A DNA stretch of 64,000 nt from Leucoraja ocellata. Its lineage: Eukaryota. This document shows, piece by piece, positions 11,091 to 22,283 of this stretch. Within the stretch, counting starts at the first letter, position 1. The number at the start of each line of letters is the position of its first letter. The notes beneath the pieces were generated by a model. It saw only the letters and a list, made by a program, of their open reading frames with translations, had not been told where the DNA came from and did not search any database. A program made the position numbers and the translations under genes. The DNA lies in the NCBI GenBank assembly GCA_036785375.1, contig JAWMAR010000894.1, forward strand, positions 1 through 64,000, written 5' to 3'.

Positions 11091-11998
11091 CCGCTCAAAC
11101 CATCTGAAGACATCTGTCACTTCCAGTATATGTTATTAATGCAAGAAACGCGTACTTTTCTATCTGTTAAAAACCGCCAAATTGTTGAATGTGTGCTCTG
11201 AAAATAAATGTGGAAATTGGGGTAAGTGTGAGAGACATGTACCCAACATTAGCATTCTAAACGTGAAATGAAATGAAGGTAAGGGGCTGCGAGAATTGAA
11301 GGGAAAACAGCAACTAAAGTGCTTGGTAAAGATTGGCTGTGCAGATATCGTAATTGAAAATATTGGAATGATCGTGTTTGCTCACTGCATTTCATCAACA
11401 GTAAGGCATTATTCGTGTTTTACTTGATTCCTTTAGTATTTAAAAATTCTCAGAAGTGATACATCTGGCTGTAAATTTTCCTTCAGATGCGCTTTCATTT
11501 TATACGTAAAAACCCACTTGAGAACCATGGGCGATTTATTTTTAAAAAATACAGCCAGATTTATCACATGAAACTTTTTAGATGCCAAAGGAATCAAGAA
11601 AAAAACACAAATAATGCTTTAGTGTTGATGAAATGTAGTGAGCAAACGGCCAATGTTCGCTAAGCACTCTTTGTTGTCCCTCCAGCTCTCTGAAGTAGGC
11701 TAAATATCTCATATGCTCATCCCAATTTCCATAATTATTTGCAGCGCAAAACTGGACATTTTCGGCGGGTTCTAACGGATCCGCTACGTTCAGGTTCCGA
11801 TTCAGATTCAGATTCAACTTTAATTGGCGTTGTCAGTGTACAGTACAGAGACAACGAAAATGGTTAGCATCTCCCTGGAAGATGGAGTTGGAAACGATGG
11901 TAAGTGCCTACCTGCAGTACATCGCGTGTAATCCATTTGGTGTAGCGTAGCAACAGTACGGGTCATGGGTCGTGACCCGACTGCCGTGAAACCTCCCT
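11090..11998 (-). mobile_element. THAP-derived foldback DNA element inside the Helitron (one terminus lost)
   Basis: Internal inverted repeat centred near 11510. TIR ...AAACCTCCCT at 11998. Matches 62217-63020. Confidence 0.7.
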
Positions 11999-13583
11999 CT
12001 GTGTATGCGTGTGTGTGTGAATATATATGTGTTCGTGTGAATATGTGTGTGTGTGTGAATATTTACGTGTGTGTGCGAATATGTGTGTGAGTGAATGTGT
12101 GTGTGTGTATGTGTGTGTGTGTGTGAATATGTGCGTGTGTCTATATGTATGTTTGTGTACATGTGTGTGTCTGAATATGTGAGTGAATATGTGCAAGCGA
12201 TTATATGTGTGTGTGCATATGTGTGTGAGTGCATGTGGATATATATGTGTGTGTGAAATAATATAATATTTTGTAGTTCAGAGCTTATTTGGTGAGTTTA
12301 ATAGTGCGTTGGCTGTCAGGAAGAAGCTGTTCCTCAACGGAGATGTTACAGTTTTCAGTTTACATAAGTCGGACGTGACTCCAGAAGTCGGCATCAGTCA
12401 GTCCACAAGCTGTGAGAGTCAGTCCAAAGGCCATGAGTTAATCCCAGGGCAGTGAGTCCACACGTCATGAGTAAATCGCTCACTGCCCCCTCTACTACAC
12501 TGACACCTCAAGACGCTGCCTTCTGCCTGGCTATAGGATGCACCCCCTACTGAAGCCGTCCACATCCTTTGCATGAGGACACCCCACCCCCTTCTCATCA
12601 GTTCACGACAACCCCCGCCTGAAGCTGCCCTTGGCTGCACGACATTTACCACCCATAGGGCAGTGTCTTGAGGTGGTGGATGAGTCTGTNNNNNNNNNNN
12701 NNNNNNNNNNNNNNNNNNNNNNNNNNNNNNNNNNNNNNNNNNNNNNNNNNNNNNNNNNNNNNNNNNNNNNNNNNNNNNNNNNNNNNNNNNNNNNNNNNNN
12801 NNNNNNNNNNNNNNNNNNNNNNNNNNNNNNNNNNNNNNNNNNNNNNGTGAGTGTCATTGAGTTTTTGTGTGCGTGAATGAGTCTGTTTGTGAATATGTGT
12901 ATGAGAGTGTGNNNNNNNNNNNNNNNNNNNNNNNNNNNNNNNNNNNNNNNNNNNNNNNNNNNNNNNNNNNNNNNNNNNNNNNNNNNNNNNNNNNNNNNNN
13001 NNNNNNNNNNNNNNNNNNNNNNNNNNNNNNNNNNNNNNNNNNATATATATGTGTGTGTGTGAAATGATAGTATTTCGTAGTTCAGAGCTTATTTGTTAAG
13101 TTTATTAGCGTGATGGCTGTCAGGAAGAAACTGTTCCTCAATGTAGATGTTACCGTTTTCAGTTTACAAAAGTCGGATGTGACTCCAGAAGTCGTGCATC
13201 AGTCAGTCCACAAGCCGTGAGAGTCAATCAGTCTAAAGGGCATGAGTCAATCCCAAGGCAGTGAGTGAGTCCACAGGTCATGAGTAAATCGCGCACTGCC
13301 CCCTCTCCTCCTCTGACATGCCCCACATCCACCTGGCAATAGATGAACCCCCAACTGAAGCCGCCCTCATCCCCTGCATGAGCCCCCCCCCCCCCCACAC
13401 ATTTCTCATCAGCTCACGAGAACCCCCATCTGAAGCTGTGCCCCTCCCTTGGCAGCACGATGTTTACCACCCCCCACCCCACCCTGACAGCTCTACCTCA
13501 AAAAAATGTGTTGCACAAAATCTTCAGTGTTCATTAACAACTGAAATTGTCTTTGGGCAGCTTTTTGAACATCATGTCAGGAA

Positions 13584-13845
13584 ATGTTATGTGATGTGGC
13601 TATTGCTGTAGTATCCTCTAGGATAGCAGCTACATTTCTGCCTGGTGGAAGAACGACACATTCTCGATTCAAGATACCCATCCAAGTGGCCGAGGATACA
13701 TTGTGCAACATCAAGAAGAACTCTAAGACGGCACATTTCACGAGGCAAGTGAAAGTCATTGTTTGGGATGAATGTCCAATGATTAGGAGAGAATGCTTTG
13801 AAGTTGTGGACTGAAGTGTTCAGCAACACCAAGCATTTTGGTGCC
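13584..13845 (+). pseudogene. Helitron Pif1 helicase fragment
   Basis: IAATFLPGGRTTHSRFKIPI..IVWDECPM, with a premature stop at 13814. Confidence 0.85.
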
Positions 13846-14784
13846 CCCCTGCCAGTACAGTGACTGAGCTGCCCGCCCAAAAACCCATTCCGCCCACAAA
13901 CTCCATACTAGCCCACTGGAAACCATTACCTTTGGCCCAGCATACTAGCTCAACAGAAATATGAAGGGAAATGTCAAAAGTTTCCTAAAGGATGGAACAT
14001 CGCCCAAGAATGTTGTCATTAATAGCGTGCTTCGTTGAATGATGATCTGAGATACTCTCAGATTTTCCTTCTTAAAATTTGACCGCTGACTTTCTCTATA
14101 TTAAAATTGTCTCTTTTTATCAACAGGAAATAGTCATCAAGAGGCTGTGAGCAGCAGAACACAACAAGACACAACAAGTAAAAACTTAATAAATCTCATC
14201 TTTAAAATTTAAATTGTTCTTATATTTTAAGAGTCATTCACATTTTAAACTTTAATAAAACCTTTTTGCGCTTTTAACGCTGTGTGTTCTTCATCACAAT
14301 AGAACCTAATAGGGAGGAATGGCTGCTCTGTGGGAGAGCCACTAAGAGTGCGTGGAGGGGGGAGATTGTTTGGAGACGCACTGAATGTGTGGGTGGGAGG
14401 GGAATGGCACGGAGCAGAGTGGGGTGGGGGTGAAGGTAGGTGGGATGACTGAGTGAACTGCCAGCGTACCAGGCGTGAGTGACTGCACTGCCAGCCCACG
14501 AGCCGTGAGTTAGTGAACTGCCAGCCCAATAATCCATTAAGTCCACACTCTCCCCCTTCTCTCTCTTACTGTCTGTAACCTGTTTTGAGCACAATTTCTG
14601 GCAGTTTCTCAGCCGCCAGCCTGCCAGGTCCGAGTGATTGTACTGCCAGGCCTCAGTGATTGAGCTGCCAGCCCAAAAATCCATTCGGCCCACAAACTCC
14701 ATACTAGCCGTCTGGAAATCAGTACCTTCGGCCCACAACGCTCATACTAGCGCAACAGAAAGCCCCCCCCCCCCCTCCCACTGG

Positions 14785-15369
14785 CCAAGTTTGCGGATGA
14801 CATGGCGCTGGGGAGAGGGGCGGGGGGGGGGTGTGGTAGCTGTCAGGAGGTTGCTAGGAGGCTGCAAGGTGACTTGAATAGGCTGGGTGAGTGGGCAAAT
14901 GCATGGCAGATGCAGTATAATGTAGATAAATGTGAGGTTATCCACTTTTGTGTACAAAAGTGCAAAAACAGGAAAGTAGACTATTATCTGAATGTTGGCC
15001 GATTAGGAAAAGGGGAGATGCAACGAGACGTGGGTGTCAAGATACATCAGTCATTAAAAGTAGGCATGCAGGTGCAGCAGGCAGTGAAGAAAGCAAATGG
15101 TATGTTAGCATTCATAGCAAAAGGATTTGAGTATAGCAGCAGGGAGGATCTACTGCAGTTGTACAGGGTCTTGGTGGCCAGTTCATTGGCTATATTTAAG
15201 ATGGTTAGATGTGGCCCTTGTGGCTAAATGTATCCGGGGGTAGGGAGAGAAAGCAGGTAAAGGATACTGAGTTAGATGATCAGCCATGATCATATTGATT
15301 GGGGGTGAAGACTCGAAGGGCCGAATGGCCTACTCCTGCACCTATTTTCTATGTTCTATGTTTCTATGT
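14785..15369 (+). mobile_element. CR1 LINE 3' part
   Basis: KFADD motif, RLQGDLNRLGEWANAWQMQYNVDKCEVIHF, KANGMLAFI, and a (TTCTATGT)n tail. Confidence 0.9.
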
Positions 15370-15811
15370 CTGTGTAAAACTGTGGAAGGGACAGGGTGTG
15401 AAATAAATGACAATTGGCTGAGATTCTGGGTGGACAGATGAGAGTGCGAAGGAGAACAGTGGGTGTGGGTTACCTGTAATGGGAAAATATGTCACTAATG
15501 CCATTGGGTTGTAAAGTCCAATACAACCAACGCTGAAACATGTGTCCGTGCAGGATGGAAGAGAGTAATAAGGTGAATAGAGCAATACGCATCCCGAGGA
15601 AGGTCAAAGGTAGGTCCAAGGAATTTGGAAGGGATAGAAACATAGAACAGCAAAATAGGTGTAGGAGTAGGCCATTTGACCCTTCGAGCTACATCTAACT
15701 CTCTCTTGAAAACATCCAGTGATTTGGCGTCCACTGCCTTCTGTGGCAGAGAATTCACAACTTTCTGAGTCAAAAACGTTGTATTGGCAGATATTGTCAA
15801 ATTGTTGATTC

Positions 15812-16187
15812 GTAGTTCCAGGATGTTTAGTCACTAAAACACTGAAATAGGCGGCAAAAAGGGATAATAACATTACAAAAAAAGCATGAATAAGGCATTT
15901 ATTGACAAAACAAGGCATCAAAAGGCATTTGTTTCCACCACCAAATATGGTTTAACATGATAATATAAAGGTATACGACATTAAATGACCAAAGTTATAT
16001 CTTGTGCATTACAACTACCTTTGAGAACTTTAGCTATGTTTTGTATTTCTTCAAGATCTTGGTTATCTGAAATCACTCTCACATTTTCCTGGTATGTCTT
16101 TGCCTACATCGCCAGGAACTTTACGAATATCGTCAGTTACTTTGTTGAAAACCTGCAGGTTATTCACTAATGTTTCGCCACGTTTTT
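15812..16187 (-). mobile_element. Probable hAT-like (hAT19/CGGBP-type) transposase 3' fragment
   Basis: Frameshifted peptide GETLVNNLQVFNKVTDDIRKVPGDVGKDI..CE../VISDNQDLEEIQNIAKVLKG resembles the region before the hAT dimerisation domain. GCCTATT/GCCTTTT subterminal motifs. Recognised from memory only. Confidence 0.4.
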
Positions 16188-16189
16188 CA

Positions 16190-16490
16190 AGGGAGGAAAA
16201 GAGGACATGACTTCAGAATTAAGGGACAGAAGTTTAGGGGTAATATGAGGGGGAACTTCTTTACTCAGAGAGTGGTAGCGGTGTGGAATGAGCTTCCAGT
16301 GGAAGTGGTGGAGGCAGGTTCATTGGTATCATTTAAAAATAAATTGGATAGGCATATGGATGAGAAGGGAATGGAGGGTTATGGTATGAGTGCAGGCAGG
16401 TGGGACTAAGGGTAAAAAAAAATGTTCGGCACGGACTTGTAGGGCCGAAATGGCCTGTTTCCGTGCTGTAATTGTTATATGGTTATATGG
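16190..16490 (+). mobile_element. CR1 LINE 3' fragment
   Basis: RGHDFRIKG.KFR..RGNFFTQRVVAVWNELP..FKNKLD with (GTTATATG)n tail. Confidence 0.88.
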
Positions 16491-17724
16491 AAGTGATAGC
16501 TTGTGGTAACTTTGCAACATTTGAGGCAATAAACACAAGATCTCGGTGGAAGGGCTTTATCTGCATTATTTCACTGACGATCCTGACTGCAACAGATTAT
16601 TCTTCAAAACAATTGACCATATATTTAGCAGCATAGTGGAGTACAACATGGAGCCATGTATCCCGCCGTCAAAACGGGCAGAGGAGGTAGCGGAATCTCG
16701 GGTGCCATTTCGTTGAACAACTGCACACGTGGCGATGCGTTGAGGAAGACATTGGAAACTAGGCGTTCGAATTTTGGAAACAAGCTACGTATGTGCTTGG
16801 TAATTCTATGAAGTCCTTGAGCTAAGCATGTCAAATGAAACATTTTGGGGAATAAAATCACAAACGTAAGAACATTCTCGTGTTTTATAACTTCTGGCCA
16901 AAGTACAGCAAGGGAAAATGTAAACAACTGAGCAATAGTTGAGCTGTTTGACTTCCGATGTCAACAAATATTCATTTGATGGTTGACTTGCCTGCAGTGT
17001 ACCGATGACCACATTGGTAACATATCCCACCACAGCATCTGTCGTCTCGTCTATTGAGATCCATATTTTGTTGCTGCAACTTCATCTCTATTTTTTTTGC
17101 GCACCAATGTTGAAGTTGCTGTCATGATTTTCCGTAATAATGACTCGATTGGTCTATGTTCCTCTGTGTATTTCTCTAAAAAAAAACCTCGGAGAGATTT
17201 GTTTTCCAATTTCCACAGTGGAATTCCCGCATCAATGAATGCGTTGCACAGATCACGCGAAAACTCAGATTTGCGACTGGAGCCAGCATTAAATGTAGTG
17301 AGGAGAAAGATTGGGTATTTCGCTTGGTTAGTCTACACCCCAACGGTATCAACATTGACTTCACTAACTCTTGTCTTCTCCCTCCTCCCCTTCCCCCTTC
17401 CCAGCTCTCCTTCCAGTCCTACTGTCTCCGCCTCTTCCTTTCATCCCCACCCCCTCTCCCCCCCCCCCCTCCCCCCCCACACACACACACAAATCAGTCT
17501 AATTTTGCATTGAGTATTCCCACACCAAGAAGTGGGGAATGGCTTCATTTGTCTGGAAATGTTTGTTAAAGGGTCCGTGACTAATGTAATTGCCCCGTGA
17601 CTCCCAGTGGCCACTGGAGGATTAGCGCGAGTATGAATGAGGAGAGGAGCAGCGCTCTACTCTGTTCTTGAGTTTGATCCACTGTGTTCTCCGGTTTGCT
17701 GCCGACACTGAGGCTCTTGCTTGA

Positions 17725-20382
17725 ATGCGGCGGGCTCCGATTCTGTACGTGAAGGAGATCGCTTATCCGATTATGGCGGCGTTTGGAATCCCCGGCAAGA
17801 CCGATCATTTTAGATTTAGGGTTATTATCTTCACGTGTACCGACGTAAAGCGAGGGCTATATTTTGCATGTTATCCAATCTGATCACAGAAACATTTACA
17901 TACATACAATCAAGTCAAACGTGTACAATCGGTAGCGAGATTAGATTTGAGGACGTAAAGGCGATTTTATCTGACAATCCTAGATACTTCGCAGGTAAGT
18001 GCATAACCGGCGCCATGTCCCAGTCATGTTGTTCCATGTGTAGCAAGGAACTGCACATGCTACTTTCGACCGAATATGATCACAAAATGCTGTAGTAACA
18101 CAGCGGGACAGGCAGCATCACTATAGAAAAGGAATGGGTGGCGTTTTGGGTCGAGACCCTTCTTCAGGTTCTGAATCATCTTCGGAAAAAGGGTCTCCAC
18201 TCGAATCGTCACCCATTCCTTCTCTCCAGAGAGTCTGCCTGTACCGCTGAGTTACTCCAGCATTTTGTATCTATCTTCATTGCGTACATATGAGTGAGAT
18301 GAGATTTAAGTCTCCTCAGGCTTAAGAACTATTTCGTTTACAAGTTGGCAGACAGACCACGGAGAGCATGAAGAAGTAAACTGAAGAAAGAAAACTTAAT
18401 TCAATCCCTGATTTCAATTTGGAGTTGTCATTTCCGCGGCAGTTAATAACACAACGAAATGATAATTTAATCGGCGAGAAGCAAACGACTTAAGATGGCG
18501 ACAAGATATATATTTGTAATGCTGGAAAAAAACACCTAACTGGTCACGCATCATGAGTGTGTAATGGAACAACATCGTTGTTTCAGTTCAGTGGCCATGT
18601 TAACACAGGAACAGACTCGCGTTACTGGTAGGTAACAGGCCGTTGTAAATTGTGCTGAGTATATTGGCCAGTGGCATGCTCTGGCAAGGTAGAAAAAAAA
18701 GAGGTTGGAGACAATGTGAAGTGATCATGTGGAGGGACTGGTGTTGGATCTGTTTGACTGGGAGTTTGTGGGTCGATGAGGAAGGCATAGACAGTGCAAC
18801 ATGTCTCTATTTTCATGATGAGTTTCTCATTGTGCAGCCCATATTATTTCCTTCATGGATCGGTGACGGTGTTATTGAAAGCCTCCCGCCAATAAATATT
18901 TTGGTATAATTCACTAAGTCCTTCAGTTTCGAAAGCCCAGAACATAGAGTAGTACAGCACAAGCACAGGCCCTTCAGCCCAGAATGTGCGTCAAACATAA
19001 TGCAAATCCCATCTCTTATCTAGCTGCACATAACCAATATGCCGCCATACACAGCATATCCATATGCTTATCCTTTAAAATCCCACTACCGTATGTGTGG
19101 CCTTCACGATCCACGCATTGATTTAGTTAAACATTGCGTTACAGCATTGAAACTGGCCCTTCAACCCACCCAGTTCATGCACACCCGTGCGCGCTATTTT
19201 AATATAATCCTACTTTGACATCCCCTCCCTAGAAGATAGGGACGATTTTCATGGAGACCAATACACCAACAAACGGTCAAATTTTTGAGAAGTGGGAGGA
19301 TGTCTGAGCATCAGGAGGAAACCCATGTGTCACAGGGAGTTCGTGCAAACTCCACTTAGCGAGCCCCCGAGACCAGGGTCGATTTCTGACGCAGATGCTG
19401 TGAGGCAGCGGATCCACCGGCTGCGTCTCTAAGCCGGTCTCTCCAATGAGGTTTAATCGCAGCCTTTGTCGTCTCTATTTCGTGTAATATAGAGGACAAT
19501 AGAGTCGGCGAAGTACCTGGTCATCCTCCTCTTCATTCTGTCTTCTGCAGCCAACGTGCTGACGGCTTCGATCTTGTACCGGGGAAAGTGCAGACTCTCC
19601 AGAGGTAACATGGTGGCGATGGCAATTTCCGACATGCTCGTCATCTTCTTTCACGTATTGCTCCAAGGAATCTACGTTCACTACACCCCTGACTCCTACC
19701 TGAGCCACACCACGGTGTGCCCTTCGTACGTATACATGCGCATCCTCACGCTGGACTATTCCGTCTGGTTAACCTTGTCCTTCACCTTTGACCGTTTCGT
19801 CAGCATTTGCTGCCCGAAGCTTAGACTCACGTATTGCACGGATAAGACGGCCGCCGTTGTCATTGGGTTCTTGTTGCCGCTGAGTTGTTTAAAGTACATC
19901 CCATTTTACTTCATGTACGAGCCACGATTCAACGTGGACAATGTGAACTGGGGTTGCCGGCCCAAACCCGCCTACTTCACTTCCATCTGGAGGGTGGCGT
20001 TTTCTTGGATGTTTAACATCTCTCTCTACTTACTCAATTTCGTTTTAACGCTGCTTCTGAACGGGCTGACGGTCAGGAACATCATAGCGGCCAGCAGGGT
20101 CCACCGGCGCTTGAAAGGACTGGAAGGCAAAGACTTCGAGGTGGAGAATCGGCGCAAACCCATCGTCTTACTCTTCACTGTGTCCGGCACCACCATATTA
20201 CTGCGGACGACGGGAGGGTGACTTTCATCTGTACCCGAATTACAATTAATTTTGGCGGCTCTGATCTCACAAGTCCCTCAAACATCTCAAATGAGGTGGG
20301 GGTCTTGCTCATTCGGCTCAGCTCCTGCGCCAACACGTGTATCTACGCAATGACGCAAAGCAGATTCAGGCAGGAACTTTAG
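17725..20382 (+). pseudogene. GPR139-like class A (rhodopsin family) GPCR pseudogene, two exons: 17725-17794 and 19551-20382
   Basis: Exon 1 MRRAPILYVKEIAYPIMAAFGIP splices in phase 1 to TTCTGCAG|CC giving ANVLTASILYRGKC..MAISDML..SVWLTLSFTFDRFVSICCPKL..YCT..LLLNGLTVR..ENRRK. Frameshift at ~20218, then LSSCANTCIYAMTQSRFRQEL*. The donor is GC rather than GT. Confidence 0.88.
19125..19430 (-). mobile_element. Degenerate HE1-like tRNA-derived SINE in the GPCR intron
   Basis: Similar to SINE copies at 31200-31510 and 39290-39600. Confidence 0.6.
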
Positions 20383-21696
20383 CAATTTACATTTTGACGG
20401 CGGGATACATGGCTCCATGTTGTACTCCACTATGCTGCTAAATATATGGTCAATTGTTTTGAAGAATAATCTGTTGCAGTCAGGATCGTCAGTGAAATAA
20501 TGCAGATAAAGCCCTTCCACCGAGATCTTGTGTTTATTGCCTCAAATGTTGCAAAGTTACCACAAGCTATCACTTCCATATAACCATATAACAATTACAG
20601 CACGGAAACAGGCCATTTCGGCCCTACAAGTCCGTGCCGAACATTTTTTTTTACCCTTAGTCCCACCTGCCTGCACTCATACCATAACCCTCCATTCCCT
20701 TCTCATCCATATGCCTATCCAATTTATTTTTAAATGATACCAATGAACCTGCCTCCACCACTTCCACTGGAAGCTCATTCCACACCGCTACCACTCTCTG
20801 AGTAAAGAAGTTCCCCCTCATATTACCCCTAAACTTCTGTCCCTTAATTCTGAAGTCATGTCCTCTTTTCCTCCCTTGAAAAACGTGGCGAAACATTAGT
20901 GAATAACCTGCAGGTTTTCAACAAAGTAACTGACGATATTCGTAAAGTTCCTGGCGATGTAGGCAAAGACATACCAGGAAAATGTGAGAGTGATTTCAGA
21001 TAACCAAGATCTTGAAGAAATACAAAACATAGCTAAAGTTCTCAAAGGTAGTTGTAATGCACAAGATATAACTTTGGTCATTTAATGTCGTATACCTTTA
21101 TATTATCATGTTAAACCATATTTGGTGGTGGAAACAAATGCCTTTTGATGCCTTGTTTTGTCAATAAATGCCTTATTCATGCTTTTTTTGTAATGTTATT
21201 ATCCCTTTTTGCCGCCTATTTCAGTGTTTTAGTGACTAAACATCCTGGAACTACGAATCAACAATTTGACAATATCTGCCAATACAACGTTTTTGACTCA
21301 GAAAGTTGTGAATTCTCTGCCACAGAAGGCAGTGGACGCCAAATCACTGGATGTTTTCAAGAGAGAGTTAGATGTAGCTCGAAGGGTCAAATGGCCTACT
21401 CCTACACCTATTTTGCTGTTCTATGTTTCTATCCCTTCCAAATTCCTTGGACCTACCTTTGACCTTCCTCGGGATGCGTATTGCTCTATTCACCTTATTA
21501 CTCTCTTCCATCCTGCACGGACACATGTTTCAGCGTTGGTTGTATTGGACTTTACAACCCAATGGCATTAGTGACATATTTTCCCATTACAGGTAACCCA
21601 CACCCACTGTTCTCCTTCGCACTCTCATCTGTCCACCCAGAATCTCAGCCAATTGTCATTTATTTCACACCCTGTCCCTTCCACAGTTTTACACAG

Positions 21697-22283
21697 ACAT
21701 AGAAACATAGAACATAGAAAATAGGTGCAGGAGTAGGCCATTCGGCCCTTCGAGTCTTCACCCCCAATCAATATGATCATGGCTGATCATCTAACTCAGT
21801 ATCCTTTACCTGCTTTCTCTCCCTACCCCCGGATACATTTAGCCACAAGGGCCACATCTAACCATCTTAAATATAGCCAATGAACTGGCCACCAAGACCC
21901 TGTACAACTGCAGTAGATCCTCCCTGCTGCTATACTCAAATCCTTTTGCTATGAATGCTAACATACCATTCGCTTTCTTCACTGCCTGCTGCACCTGCAT
22001 GCCTACTTTTAATGACTGATGTATCTTGACACCCACGTCTCGTTGCATCTCCCCTTTTCCTAATCGGCCAACATTCAGATAATAGTCTACTTTCCTGTTT
22101 TTGCACTTTTGTACACAAAAGTGGATAACCTCACATTTATCTACATTATACTGCATCTGCCATGCATTTGCCCACTCACCCAGCCTATTCAAGTCACCTT
22201 GCAGCCTCCTAGCATCCCCCTGACAGCTACCACACCCCCCCCCCCCGCCCCTCTCCCCAGCGCCATGTCATCCGCAAACTTGG
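21697..22283 (-). mobile_element. CR1 LINE 3' part (mirror of 14785-15369)
   Basis: ORF 21839-22192 and (CATAGAAA)n tail. Confidence 0.9.

Larger units (their letters stand above)
8513..14787 (+). mobile_element. Composite non-autonomous Helitron, 5' end intact, 3' terminus deleted
   Basis: Begins A|TCTACATTACTAAAA where CR1 homology stops. Carries a Pif1 fragment (13584-13845). Colinear with 1-3890, then fuses to resumed CR1 (CCAAGTTTGCGGATGAC) without the hairpin/CTAG. Confidence 0.75.
5776..16674 (+). repeat. Left arm of ~25 kb palindrome
   Basis: Reverse complement of 20392-30910. The ORF track shows mirrored, near-identical translations along the arm. Confidence 0.96.

Noticed and set aside
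10691-11201. Repetitive Gly/Arg/Pro-rich ORFs in most frames
   Set aside because: Translations of a GC minisatellite whose copy number differs between arms by ~52 nt, not a multiple of three.
19551-20382. True GPR139 ortholog (gene symbol)
   Set aside because: Divergent, multi-copy and disrupted; it fits the expanded GPR139-like family, so no symbol was assigned.
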